A stretch of 64,000 nt of DNA. Origin: Squalus acanthias. Taxonomy: Eukaryota. This document shows positions 35,385 to 48,709 of this stretch, in pieces. The stretch's first letter is position 1. Each line of letters starts with the position of its first letter. Where the stretch lies: assembly GCA_030390025.1 (NCBI GenBank), contig CM059431.1, positions 135,658,001 to 135,722,000 on the forward strand, given 5' to 3'. A model generated the notes under the pieces. That model had not been told where the DNA came from, did no database searches, and saw nothing but the letters and a program-made list of their open reading frames with translations. The position numbers and the translations under genes are program-made.

Positions 35385-37013
35385 GGGGGAGAAATTCGGC
35401 ATGTTAGCTCTCCCCAGTTAGCACCTGGCGGGGGTGCTAAAGGGGTGCTCAGGCAGTGGCGCCTGGCGGGGGTGCTAACGGGGTGCTCAGGCAGTGGCGG
35501 GGCGAATCCCGTGCACCGGCCCCGTAGCGCCAGCGATAACAGTGAGCACCTCGGCACCTTTCACCATGCAGATCGTGATGTCAACAAGCGTGCAGTGCTC
35601 ACTGGGCGCCCGATCTGCAAACTTCAGTAGCACCCCCCCCCACCGCCTTACCGCCTCACGCCGACAGCGCCAGGGAGCGCAGGTGTGAACCAGCCGGCTA
35701 GCGGCTGGAAGGCCGCTACTTAAAGGGATGTGTCCCAGCCATCAAGGAACTTCTGTTCCAAAGGTCAGTTATGAGTGACAGAGAGCACAGGATGTGCCTG
35801 CAGCTAAATAAAGGCTGCTTAGTCCCCGGAGTGTTGCGGCTGTCAAAGGACTTTGCATTTCATCCCACAGCATATCGCCGTTCTGCAGTCCCCGGATCAT
35901 TGGAGGCTGGTGTGCAAACTCCAATGACCCTCCACTTTAATGGCTGGAAGACGCCTTCGCCAATGCTCACTCCCGATTACACAACATCTCATATTCGCTA
36001 TCGCTTGCAGCCTAATGCCACGACAAGGCCTTGGACAACGTGGACCACTTTCCATACCTCGGGAGCCTACTGTCAACAACGGCAGACATTGATGACGAAG
36101 TCCAACACCGCCTTCAGTGTGCCACTGCAGCCTTCGATCGCCTGAGGAAGAGAGTGTTTGAAGACCATGACCTCAAACCCAGCACCAAGCTCATGGTCTA
36201 CAGAGCAGTAGTGATAACTGCCCTGCTTTATGCCTCAGAGCTATGGATCATGTACAGCAGGCACCTCAAAGCACTGGAGAGGTACCACCAATGATGCCTC
36301 CGCAAGATCCTGCAAATCCATTGGCAGGATAGGCGCACCAACGTCAGTGTTCTCGCTCAGGCCAACATCCCCAGTATCGAAGCTTTGACCACGCTCGATC
36401 AGCTCCGATGGATGGGTCACATCGTCCGCATGCCCGATACGAGACTCCCAAAACAAACGCTCTACTCGGAGCTCCGACACGGCAAGAGAGCCCCAGGTGG
36501 GCAGAGGAAAATCTTCAAGGACACCCTCAAAGCCTCCTTGAAAAAGTGCAACATCCCCACTGACACCTGGGAATCCCTGGCCCAAGACCGCACAAAGTGG
36601 AGGAGAAGCATCCGGGAAGGCGCCGAACACCTCGAGTCTCTTCGCCGGGAGCAAGCGGAAGCCAAGCACAAGCAGCGCAAGGAGTGCACGTCAACCCAAG
36701 CACCCCACCCACCCACCCCTTCAACCACCGTCTACCCCACCTGTGACAGAGACTGTAGGTCCCGCATTGGACTCATCAGTCACCTGAGAACTCATTTTTA
36801 ATGTGGAAGCAAGTCATCCTCGGTCCCGAGGGACTGCCGAAGAAGAAGAATGCCACTCACCTATGCCATTAGCACCCGATTTAGTGCTCCCCTACATTCT
36901 TTGACCGCTGAGACTGAAATTAGTGGGCAGTGAGATTGATTAGCGCCTTGCGCTAAACTTCCAACTTCTCAAAAGTTAGCACCCCAACCAGGGCGATACC
37001 GAATCTCTAGCCC
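35385..37013. mobile_element. Harbinger-type MITE with a nested RTE fragment
   Basis: TIRs GGGGGAGAAATTCGG / CCGAATCTCTAGCCC; GCGCC/GCTAA subterminal motifs; internal tandem duplication near 35424-35500. Confidence 0.8.
36022..36848 (+). mobile_element. RTE-clade LINE 3' fragment
   Basis: VDHFPYLGS..STKLMVYRAVV..LLYASE.W..RIGLISHLRTH; (GAA)n tail; TSD AATGCCAC. Confidence 0.92.
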
Positions 37014-37194
37014 TTTAAAGAACCTAAATATTAAATATCTAGATATTTAACTTGGAGTCCTCCTTTTGAGTTGGATGTGAGAAACCGCCTTCCTGCTCTC
37101 CACCGAATTCCTACTACCACCAAATTCTTCCACCCTGCTTGCGATCCACTCCGATTGCGATTCACCCAGCTCTGTCTCCAAGCTCTGTGCTCAA

Positions 37195-38675
37195 GCTATG
37201 ACCTCTAGTTATTGACTCACTCGCTAGACGGAATAATTTTTCTCTATCTACTTTATCAAAACCTGTCATCATCTTGAAAACCTCTATTAGGCTACCACAA
37301 CCTCTCCTCATAACTGAAGTCCCATATCCCTGGTAACACCCTTTCTAAGGATTTTACACCTTTTCTGAAGTGTGGTGCCCAGAATTGTCCACAATACTCC
37401 AGCTGAGGCCTAACCAGTGATTTATAAAGTTCTAGCATGATCTCTTTGCTTTTATATTCTATTCCTCTATTTATAAACCCAAGTAACCCATATGCTTTTT
37501 TAACCACCTGATCAACTTACCCTGCCACTTTTAAGGATTTGTGCATATGGCATATGGACATCAAGGTTGCTCTGCTCATCTACTCCTTTCAAAATCGTGC
37601 CATTTATAGTATACTGTCTTTCCATATTAGTCCTCCCAAAATGCATCACTTCACACTTCTCTGCACTGAACTCTATTTGCCATGCTTCTGCCCATTTCAC
37701 CATCCTGTCTATGTCATCCTGAAGTCTACAACTATCCTCATCACTATCTACTACTTTGCCAAGTTTCATATCATCTGCAAACTTTATAATGCTGCTCCCT
37801 ACACCCGAGTCTAGGTCGTTCATAAAAATCGAAAAGAGTAATGGACCCAAAACTGCAAACCACCTCTCAGTTTGAAAAACATCCATCCATCACCATCCTT
37901 TGCTTCCTGTCACTGGGCCAATTTTATATCTATACCACCATTTTCCCCTTAATTCCATGGGCTTCCATCTTCTTAACAAGTCTCCTGTGTGGTACTTTGT
38001 CGAATGCCTTCCAAAAGTCCAGACATACAACATCTACTGCATTACCTTGATCAACCTTCTCTGTTACCTCATCAAAGAATTCAATCAAGTTAGTCAGACA
38101 CGATATACCTTTAACAAATCCCTCCTTGATTAACCCACGTCTTTCCAAATGAAAGTTTATTTTGTCCCTGATAATGGTTTCCAATAACTTCCCCACCACC
38201 AATGTTAGTCTGACTGGCCTGTAGTTTCCCAATTTTATCCCTCTCCCATTTCCTGAATAGTGGTATAACATTAGAAATCCTCCAGTCCTCCGGCACTACT
38301 CCTGTATCCAATGAGGATTGAAAGATTGAGATCAATGCCTCTGCTATTTCTACCTTTGCTTCTTTCAGCAACCTAGGATGCATTCCATCCAGACCAGGTG
38401 ACTTACCAACTTTCAACAATGCTAATCTTTTTCATATTCTCTATCTCTTACAATCCTGTCCGTAACTTCCCTCTCTTTTAGTGTAACCTTCACATCATCT
38501 GCTTCCTTTGTGAAGACAGATGCAAAGTACTCATTTAATACTTCAGCCATGTCCTCTGCCTCTACATGAAGATTTCCCTTTGGATCCTTAATAGGCCCAA
38601 CTTTTTCCCTAGCTAATTGCTTACACTTCATATGTTTATAAAAATGTTTTAGGGTTCACTTAAATGTTGCTTGCT
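37195..38675 (-). mobile_element. CR1 LINE ORF2 fragment
   Basis: ORFs 38422-38631, 38111-38419, 37930-38271, 37512-37886, 37292-37507. Confidence 0.92.
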
Positions 38676-38944
38676 AATACTGAAATATATTTGGTTTCAA
38701 ACAACAAATTACTCTATAATATTCTTCATTATTACTCTGTTGTTCATAGTAGAAGTTTAGAAGAGATCCTATATTCAGGGCAGAATTTTATTCACTCCCA
38801 ATACATCATGTGTCACGGTGCCTATTTGACCATACTTGTACAAAGAGTAATTTGGAGCACCAAATAAATATTGATGTTGTAATTATGAGCATGTGTGACA
38901 AAAGTGGTTTACAATGAGGCAATCAATATCTATATTAGCAATAC

Positions 38945-39924
38945 TGTGGCGGATCGCCACCTAAACGGGCGCAATTCACTTTTCCGTCCGTGGACAATAA
39001 ATCAGGCACCTTGCCTTTAAGGCGCATGCTGCCTTTAAGGCATGAAAAAAGGAGTGGGCGTGGCCTCAGGGTTTTGCAGAAAAATGTTGTAGCAGCCATT
39101 TTACCAAGGAGATGTAATTAAAAGCTATGTGCTCCACATATTGACTCGGCCTCAATTCATGTTTTGCGGCAGCCACAACATTGGTGACCCCGACGCTCAG
39201 AACGTATTCCGAGCACTGCAATGGCGGACATGAATGCAGTTTCCGTGAAACTGCCGGAGTTTTGGGAAAACCAGCCCGAAGCCTGGTTCCTCTAAGCCGA
39301 GTCCCGATTCCGGCTGCGACACATCACCACAGATGGGACGAAGTACGACTACCTCGTCACATCACTCGGTAGCTCCACAGTTACGAAGGTCTGGACAGCG
39401 CTGCAGAACCCACCAGAGGAGGGCAAGTATGCACATCTTAAGGCCGCGCTCCTTTAAAATTTACGGCCTCGGCATACCAGCGAAACTGCCACCTCCTCGA
39501 CCTTCCAGGCCTCGGTGATGCCTCACCGTCAGACCTCCTCGCCCACATGCCCTCAAGCCAGTTCACCCGGCTGCTCCACGCCCGGCCGTTCCACGTCCAC
39601 CGGCGTCCTACAAGAGCCGCTCCGGCCGGCCCATCAGACCGCCGCACCATCTCGTCCACACCTCCTAAGCGGATTCTGGGGGGAGCTGTGTGGCGGATCG
39701 CCACCTAAACAGGCGCAATCCACTTTTCCGTCCGTGGACAATAAATCGGGCACCTTGCCTTTAAGGCGCATGCTGCCTTTAAGGCATGAAAAAAGGAGTG
39801 GGTGTGGCCTCAGGGTTTTGCAGAGAAATGTTGTAGCAGCCATTTTACCAAGGAGATGTAATTAAAAGCTATGTGCTCCACATATTGACTCGGCCTCAAT
39901 TCGTGTTTCGCAGCAGCCACAACA
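38945..39924 (+). mobile_element. Miniature, internally deleted Gypsy LTR retrotransposon (980 bp)
   Basis: 236-bp TG..CA LTRs at 38945-39180 and 39689-39924; PBS TGGTGACCCCGACG (tRNA-Trp) at 39182; PPT GGGGGGAG; TSD ATAC. Confidence 0.95.
39221..39668 (+). pseudogene. Gypsy gag N-terminus fused to the pol C-terminal tail
   Basis: MADMNAVSVKLPEFWENQPEAWFL*AESRFRLRHITTDGTKYDYLVTSL..KYAHLKAALL; LGDASPSDLL; ends ..SRSGRPIRPP.. Confidence 0.8.
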
Positions 39925-40329
39925 ATACCACTAAATTTCAATATGATGTTGAGGAAATAGCTTTGTATGATGCTGTGCAGGTCATTGTGACTATTATTCT
40001 GCTAATAAAACTTTGAGGCCTAGAAATTCATTTGCCCCCGAAAATGGGCCGTGGGGATCATGACGTGCGATCACCCCGCGCCCGTTCAAAGGATAGCAGG
40101 CAGCACACGATCTTCGTACTGCCTGCTGATTAGCATGATTGTGGCGTTTAGCCCAGTGCTGAACACGCTGCTTAGTGGCTGAATGGTCAGCAGGGGGCCC
40201 AAGATTGTGCAAGCCGAGCACTAATGAGAGTTAGCTTGCACTTCTTAAAGGCAGCCTGCAACTCTCAAAGGGGAGGTGCATTCAGTCTGCAGCAGCTGGG
40301 GAAGAGAGTGAGAGGAGGAAAAAACAAAA

Positions 40330-42338
40330 ATGATGTCACAACAGGGAAGAGAGCATGTGCCAAGGTTCTCCAATGCAGCACTGGAGGTCTTGGTGCAGGA
40401 TATCAACTTGAGAAGAGAGGTGCTATTTTAACAGGGGGCCAGGAAGCCCTCCAGGCAAATGTGTAAAGTCCATTGGGAGCCGATAGCCGCTGTGGTGAAT
40501 GCCAGCAGTTTAGTCCTGAGGACCTGGACACAGTGCAGGAAGAAGTTTAATGACCTCACACGAGTGGCCAAGGTCAGTGAATTCATCTTCCATATCCCAC
40601 CATCTGCATCACTAGCCTCACACACTGCTCAATACACCACACCCCCATCACTCACCTAACAATAATCTCTACTAAACACGACTCATACCTTACATTCATA
40701 GCTTCACCTCACCCTCACACATTTACCACTGCTGCAAGCCTCACACCCACATCTCACAGCTTTCACACACTGTCAGCTATTCAATCATGACAGGCATATC
40801 ACCCAAACACATCGCCCCACACTCAATGACACACTTCCCTTTCTCTTGCAGGGCAAGTTGGCTCACAACTGACGCCAGCAGGACCGAACCGGTGGTGGAC
40901 AGGTGCGCCTGCATAACCTGACCCCGATAGAGGATATGATGCTGGCCATTCTTGGGAGGGGCATATTGCTGAGCCTGTGGCCAGCAGCAGGGCTGAAAGA
41001 AGACAAAATGACGATTTCTTCATACGTAATCCTCCTTCTCACATCCCACTTCCCTCTCATCCCAAAATCTCTTCTGATTTACAACCTCCACATGGTGTAA
41101 GCATGCACCTCTTGCTTTCCCCCCTCTCCTCACCACAACCCTACACTTGTGCCTTTCTGATTTACAACCTCCACATGGTGTAAGCATGCACCTCTTGCTT
41201 TCCCCCCTCTCCTCACCACAACCCTACACTTGTGCCTTTCTGATTTCAGCGACCCAAGAAAACCAACCTGGCCAGCAGTGATGCAAGAAGAAGTGGGAGA
41301 GGAGAGTGACGATGAAGAAGAAACACTGTCACTTGATCTGACACTCACAGCCACCAGCTCAGATGCTGGCACTGTGAAGAGCTTAGAGGGTGGCTTAGAG
41401 GCAGGATCTGCACGTGGTGAGTCACCGGGCACTAGTGGGCTGTAGCCAGGGCGGAGGGAAAGGATAGCACAGGTGCCAGCTCCACAGAGAGTGAGGTCGC
41501 ACATGTGTTTTGTTGCACAGGACTCAGATGAGGACTTCGATGATGCGGCCTACAGAAGGATACTGATGGGTATGTACAATGAAATGCTTGGTGCAATGGC
41601 AGGGCTGCCAGAAAGCCTGAGTGCAATGTCAAGGAGCATGGAGGAGTCCGGCACCAACATTGCACAGGGATTTGCGCAGAGCTTGGAGCCCATGATTTCC
41701 AGCATGGAAGTGATGGGCAGATCCATTACCACAATTGTGGACCCAATTATGATGCAGAGTCTAATGGCTGTTGTCTCTGCTTCCATTGTAGCACAAGCAG
41801 AAGCGACCCAGTGTCCGAGTGCTGCAGTGGACGCTCAGACTTCTATCATGCAGGCTCAGCTTGCTGCCACGCAAGCTCAGACTGCTGCCATTGTGGCTGA
41901 ATTTACCAGTGTGGAAAGGGGCTTGCAGGGTGTCAGAGCAGTCCAGCAATCTGTCCTCCAACAGATGGCTAGCAATGCTGAGGTGCCGGCCTGGGGGAGT
42001 GGCAGTGGCTCCGTGGAGTAAGCACTTACCGTCCTCTCTCAGGGTGACAGCATTCATCATCCCACCACTGCCACTCCACCAGTGCCCTTGCTGTTGCCTG
42101 TCAGCCAGCCAGCCCAGACTGCTGCCGCCCATGCCAAGGTAGCGCCGTCCGCAACCAGGTCTTCTAGACCCAGAGCTGCTCAAAGTCATCTGCAAGACCA
42201 TCTGCAGCCTCGCCCACTGAAAGTCAGCAGCCTTTCACCAGCTATGCTGCAGCCACTGGGGTAGCACTTCGTACGAGCACTGGGACAGGCAAAGGCACTC
42301 TGAAGACAGGGACTAAGGGAATGCACAAGGGTGATTAG
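40330..42338 (+). pseudogene. Harbinger Myb/SANT protein gene, three exons, decayed
   Basis: MSQQGREHVPRFSNAALEVLVQ..HWEPIAAVVNA..RTWTQCRKKFNDLTRVAK|GTCAGT; acceptors at 40851 and 41249; 83-bp tandem duplication in intron 2 (41072-41237). Confidence 0.87.
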
Positions 42339-42447
42339 TTGACTTTGGATTGATGTATAAAGTTGGATTGTAAAGTTTCTTTTGTGGTTGCTTTTATTTC
42401 AGCATTGTGGCCAAGAGGATGCTGTAATAGTCAGTAACAGAGGGAAA

Positions 42448-43296
42448 CTAAGGTGTGGGACTATTATTGAACGGGGAATTGGGGTTGCGTTCACTGGTAA
42501 GCAGTTGGCTGGGTTGATCACGGACTGCCCAGTCAGAAAGGGACTGTCTGGTTTGCCTCCTCCCTTCTGCTTCCTCCTCCTCTTCCTCCTCCTCCTCCTC
42601 TTCAGCTGGCCACCGTATGCCTGCTGGCAAGGGCTGTGCCCTCATCATGGCTAGGTCGTGGAGCATGCAGCAGACCACGATGAACCTTGAGATGCGCTCT
42701 GATGAGTACTGCAGGGCTCCTCCAGAGTGGTCCAGGCAGCGGAAGCATTGTTTAAGCACGGCAATAATCTTTTCTATCAGATTCCATGTAGCAGCATGGC
42801 TGTCATTGTACGCACGCTTTCCACATGTGGTTGGGTTGCGGAGCAGAGTCATGAGCCAGGTGGGTCAACGGATAGCCCTTGTCGCCCAGTAGCCAGCCTC
42901 TGGTTTGTCATGCTGGCTCAAATACTGAAGGAAGAGCAGACTGGTGCAAAATAAAAGCATCCTGACTGCTGCCAGGATACCGGGCATCATGATGTGCTGA
43001 GCACGATCGGACACCAACTGCACATTCAGCGAGTGGTAACCTTCTTGTTGCAAGAGGTGACAGAGTTCAGTGAGCACCTCCTTTGTAAAGCACAGTCACC
43101 TCACACACTGCTCCTGGCTCAGGCTGAGGTAAGTGAATTGCTCTCGGAAGACCCTAGATGGGTAAGGCCTCCTGCTGAGAGCCCTTCTCCCCCTCCTCCT
43201 CCTCCCTCTGCGAGCAGCTTGTCCTCTTCTTTGCTGCCTTTGCTCCATCTCCCTGTCATGCTACAGGCCAAGAGGGATGACAACTAGAGCACCCAT
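42448..43296 (-). pseudogene. Harbinger transposase, decayed, with an internal deletion
   Basis: ATG at 43296; LTELCHLLQ joined directly to EGYHSLNVQ (the segment with the first catalytic Asp is lost); WNLIEKIIAVLKQCFRCLD; poly-Glu tail. Confidence 0.9.
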
Positions 43297-43900
43297 GACT
43301 GGGAGCAAGCGGTCTGAAGTCAGAAGCAAGACCTTCTCCACTTGCAGCATCACTCCCTGTCACTTCACCAACTTTAAACAACTCTGGAAAGCAGCAAACA
43401 CTTCCACAAACTTACACAGAGTCAGTAGAAATTAATCAGCAACTGACCTGAGAGTGGTTGCTGATCCCTTTAAATATCGCTGGTGGAGCTCCTTGCTACT
43501 GCTGCATCTTCAGCTGTGTGAGGTTAAGACAGGGTTTTAGCTCCAGATTTGGGGATGAAAATGGCAGCATTGCACGCTGATTGATGTCACAATCTGCCAA
43601 CTCAACATACTTCCAGCGCACGCTCCTAATATTCGCCCTACCACCCTCAGCAAAATGGTGTCCAGCGCAGTACACACCAGAAGTGTGCACACACGGTGCG
43701 GACGCCATTTACGTCACAAAATGGCACCCATAGCATCAAAAAATTGGGTGCTACGGAGCTGAATTTCTAGCCCCAAATGTTTTTAAATAGAAAACCATTG
43801 GTAGAATCATGCTATGCCTGAATCAGTAGTACAGATTGTAGGCTTCATCCTTTATCTCTTCAAGGTTGCAATGTTTAGCGCTTTCATCATTATACTTCAG

Positions 43901-44352
43901 CATAGAAACATAGAAACTAGGAGCAGGAGTAGGCCATTCGGCCCGTCGAGCCTGCTCCACCATTCAATACGATCATGGCTGATCATCCAAATCCAGTACC
44001 CTGTCCCTGCTTCCTCACACAGAATCCCCATTGAGCCTGCACCGACACATATCCCACCCTATCCCCGTAACCCCACGCATTTAATTCCCCCTAACATATC
44101 CCATCCTATCCCCGTAACCCCACATATTTAATCCCCCCCTAACACTAAGGGTCAATTTGTCATAGCCAAATCAACCTAACCCGCACATTTTTGGACTGTG
44201 GGAGGAAACCGGAGCACCCGGAGGAAACCCACGCAGACACGGGGAGAATGTGCAAACTCCACACAGACAGTCACCCGAGGCCAGATTCGAACCCGGGTCC
44301 CTGGCGCTGTGAGGCACCAGTGCTAACCACTATGCCACCGTGTTGCCACCGT
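43901..44352 (-). mobile_element. Full-length HE1-like V-SINE
   Basis: tRNA-like head (GGTGGCATAGTGG, GGTTCGAATC), V-domain GTGTGGAGTTTGCACATTCTCCCCGTGTCTGCGTGGGTTTCCTCCGGG, tandem unit, CR1 tail. Confidence 0.92.
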
Positions 44353-45199
44353 GTTGCATCCATGGTAACCTCGCTTAACTATTTAAATTTTATACACTCC
44401 TAAAGTCACATGATATATTTCTCATCTAAGGGTCTATTGTCTACAGAAATACAATTAATTCCTACACCAGCTATCTTATCTTGCTCAGGCTACTTATTCT
44501 GCAAAGTGATATTTTAGACACATTCTATACTAGTTTGCATTCTGCTCATGTCAAGTCATCCTAATACCTAATTTTTCTACAATTACCCCTAAAACCTAAC
44601 GCCACACTTCTACATCTCAGAAATAATGCAAAATATCTCTAATTATTTGCCCAAATGCACTAAAACTGTTGTAAATTATGATAGAAGTTCAGTTATGTGC
44701 CATACAGCCATAATAAGGTGTAGCCTACAGCACTTTAAGAATATAATATGCTTAGACTATGAGCAGTAAGACAGCTGTCAATTTTATTAAATGCCACTAC
44801 AACTTGATGCAACTATACCACACATCCTATTGAAAGGACTGGCCGGAGAATTTCAGAGATAACTCCAGTGAGGGCTGTAAATATCACATGTCAAACAATA
44901 GTGATTGTTATGTGGTGAGAAGTGCCAATTGTGAAAGCAGACAAGCACCTTAATACCTCATGACAGAGATAACAGACAGTTGACAGGACCAAAGCGGCAG
45001 AGCTAATGCAGAAATGTTGAAAGGCCTCACGCTTTCAAAGCAAGCAGAAGTTTCTCACTTTCTTTTGAGCTGGTATTGAAAAAAGTGCATAAATCTTCAG
45101 CTTTCTTGATCATAACAGAAGACCTTTTCATGGTTGCAACTCCAAATATGTACTTTTTAATTAATCGTTAGTGCAGTTATTTAAAAAATTATATATAAA

Positions 45200-46950
45200 A
45201 TCACAGAATCATAGAATGGTTACAGCACAGAAGATGGCCATTCGGCCCGTCGCGCCCGTGCCGGCTCTCTGCAAGAGCACTTCAGCTAGTCCCACTCTCC
45301 TGCTCTTTCCCCGTAGCCTTGCAAATGTTTTTCTTTCAGGTACTTATCCAACTCCCTTTTGAAAGCAGTGATTGAGTCTGCTTCCACCACCCTTTCAGGC
45401 AGTGCATTCCAGATCCTAACCACTAGCTGAGTAAAAAAATGTATTCTTATGTCGCCTTTGGTTCTTTTGGCAATCACCTTAAATCTGTGTCCTCTGGTTC
45501 TCGACCCTTCTGCCAATGGGAACAGTTTTTCTCTATCTACTCTGTCCAGACAGCTTATGATTTTGACACCTCTATCAAATCTCCTTTCAATCTTCTATGC
45601 TCTAAGGAGAACAACCCCAGCTTATCCAGTCTATCCACGTAACTGAAGTCCCTCATCCATGGAATCATTCTTGTAAATCTTTTCTGCACCCTCTCTAAGG
45701 CCTTCACATCCTTCCTGAAGTATGATGCCCAGAATTGGACACAATACTCCAGTTGAGGCCAAACCAGTGTTTTATACAGGTTCATCTAATTTCCACGCTT
45801 TTGTACTCTCTGCCTCTATTCATGAAGCCCAGGATCCCGTAATCTTTAGTAACTGCTTTCTCAACCTGCCCTGTCACCTTCAACGATTTGTGCACATATA
45901 CCCCCAGGTCTCTCTGTTCATGCACCCCCGTTAGGATTGTACCCTTTAGTTTATATTTTCTCTTCTCATTCTTCCTACCAAAATGTATCACTTTGCACTT
46001 TTCTGCATTAAATTTCATCTGCCACGTGTCCGACCATTCCACCAGCCTGTCTATGTCCTCTTGAAGTCTATCACTATCCTCCTCACTGTTCACTATACTT
46101 CCAAGTTTTGCATCATCTGCAAATTTTGAAATTGTGTCCTGTACACCCACATCCAAGTCATATATCAAGAAAAGCAGTGGTCCTAGTACCGACCGCTAGG
46201 GAACACCACTGTATACCTTCCTCCAGTCTGAAAAACAACCGTTCATCATTACTCTCTGTTTCCTGTCACTTAGCCAATTTCATATCCATGCTGCCACTGT
46301 CCATTTTATTCCATGGGCTTCAACTTTGCTGGCAAGCCTATTATGTGGCACTTTATCAAATGCCTTTTGGAAGTCCATGTACACCACATCAACCACATTG
46401 CCCTCATCAACCCTCTCTGTTACCTCATTAAAAAACTCGATCAAGTTAGTTAAATACGATTTGCCTTTAACAAATCCGTGCTGGCTTCCCTTAATTAACC
46501 CACACTTGTCTAAGTGACTGTTAACTTTGTCCTGATTATTGTTTCTAAAATCTTCCCCACTACCGAGGTTAAACTGACCAGCCTATAATTGCTGGGTTTT
46601 TTCTTTGCACCCTTTTTTGAACAAGGGTGTTAACATTTGCAATTCTCCTGTTTTTTTTTCCTTCACTTCCCTCAGCATCCTAGGATGCATCCCATCCGGT
46701 CCTGGTTACTTATCTACTTTAAGTACAGCCAGTCTTTCTAGTACCTCGTCTTTATCAATTCTTATCCCATGCAGTAGCTCCTCTACCTCCTCCCTTATTA
46801 TGTCTGTGGCAGCATCCTATTCCTTGATGAAGACAGATGCAAAGTACTCATTTAGTACTTCAGCCGTACCCTCTGCCTCCATGCGTAGGTCTCCTTTTTG
46901 GTCCCTAATCGGCCCCACCCCCACTCTTACTACCCATTTACTATATATGT
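45200..46950 (-). mobile_element. CR1 LINE 3' portion
   Basis: ORFs 45782-46168, 45555-45785, 45286-45516; ATTCTATG-type tail. Confidence 0.93.
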
Positions 46951-47543
46951 GGCACATCAACAATTAATTTGCACAGTGGTTATCTTAATCTGGACAGAAT
47001 TATAAGGGGTGGCCTTGGAGTGTCTGTTCAGGTATATTTGAAAGTATTGCAGCATTTCTTTTCACAGATGATATTGCCCTGGAAATTGCAGTCAGAGGCT
47101 TTCCGCCCGCGTACGCCTCTGAACTGCAAGAAAAGTAAGTACTTACCTTTTGTCTCCGGAGCTTCGGACTCTTGCGGTCCTGGGCCTGCAGGCATATGCC
47201 TGCTTAAAGGCCCATGGATCCCAGGGGCGCATGCGGTTCACAAGCGTCCCTGGGATCACGTGGGCCAGGCCAACCAATGACACCTGTTATGCTTATGTGT
47301 ACGGAATTTCCATAAGCATAATAGAAATCATCTAATAAATACAATTTCACAACACTGAAATAAAAATAAATGATCACAGGTTCAAAATTAATTAAAATAC
47401 CACTTAAGTAAACAATTAAAATAAAAATGTAATTTTTTGAAAAATGAATTTAAATATTTTTAACCGGGGCAAAATTGAACTAAACTAATTTTAAATTTTA
47501 AATGAATGCTTAAATCATTTTAAAAAATTTATTTAAACACTTA

Positions 47544-48444
47544 GGGGGAAAAATTCAGTTGGTTGCGCCTCCCGTTAGCGCCTTAAGAGGGCGCTAATGG
47601 GGCGCAAATCATCTAGCGCCCAGGCACGGCGAAGTTTGCGCCGCTCGCGAAATTAACTAGAAATTTTGCAGCGGCGCTAAACACTACCGCCACGATCTCC
47701 TGCGCCCGCAGATCGTGACATCAGTCGAGTGCGCAACGCCCCGGTATCGCCCCGGAGCGGATATTGAGTGGCGCCCCCTGCCTTACCGCCTGACGCTAGC
47801 AACGACAGGTTGAGGGGAGCGTTCTGCAGTCATGAAGGGAAAGGGGGAGCGCTATTTAAAGGTGACCGCTTCCTGCCTTTTATTGTTGGTGCCATTTTTG
47901 AACTACGCATTCTGAGAGAGAGAGAGAGAGAGAGAGAGACTTCTGGAGAGATTCAACGTTGTGTGAAGGAGTTTTGGGTACTGAGCAGCACTTTGCAGGT
48001 TCATTTTGATTTGCCCTTCCTTGTATCGATTTAGAAGAGACTGTGGGGGCTGCACTCTGAGCTCTTTGCCTGGTACTCTCCATTGTTCTTTCCAGCAGAT
48101 TTGATGTGCAGGTCTCTCCAGGCCGAGATTCAAGGCTGCAATGAGCAGGATGTGGATGGAAAGCAAGATTAACCATCCCCTTAAAGAACTGGCCCATGCC
48201 ATTGTGTGTGTGTTCCATTGCTGACTGACATTACATGAGCTTCGCCAGCGCTCTGAGGTAGCGCCTCGCTCCTCGGCCTTTGCACCTTAAGACAGGTGTG
48301 AAGCGCCTGATTTAGCGCTCCAATCACCTCCAGGGGCGATAAAAGTCAAGTTTGCAGTCGGTGGTGATAATTAGCGCCAGGCGCTAATCTTTGCGCCCGG
48401 CCGATAATTGCGCCCCAAATGGGGCGATACTGAATTTCTCCCCC
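47544..48444 (+). mobile_element. Harbinger-type MITE, family 1 (901 bp)
   Basis: TIRs GGGGGAAAAATTCAG / CTGAATTTCTCCCCC; TSD TTA. Confidence 0.93.
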
Positions 48445-48709
48445 TTACACTGGTAAAAGAAGGCCTTACACCTGCTTTTACCAGGTGTAAGGGTTTTGTG
48501 GGTATTTGCTGAGCAGGAGTTGGGCAAATAGCGCAACTCTGCACCAGCAAAGTGAATTTGTAGCGGATGGGTACGATCTGTCAAGGCAAACCTTAACATA
48601 GCGCAAGTTCCGGGTTTTCGCGCATGCGCATCACATGCAGAAACCCAGAACTTGTGGGGCAATCATGACAGCGTACGCTGTGCATACGCTGTCATAGGCC
48701 CTGTAAAAT

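Larger units (their letters stand above)
35128..37190 (-). mobile_element. CR1 5' end (5' UTR plus ORF1 N-terminal zinc finger), interrupted by a MITE
   Basis: Manual translation of 35262-35128: AGHLSPIECTSCAMWEVQDASRVLDNHVCRKCRQLDEL (CxxC..CxxC); purine-rich 5' UTR at 37035-37190. Confidence 0.7.
40017..43773 (+). mobile_element. Near-complete decayed PIF/Harbinger DNA transposon (copy 2)
   Basis: TIRs GGCCTAGAAATTC / GAATTTCTAGCCC; colinear with 18868-23222. Confidence 0.92.
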
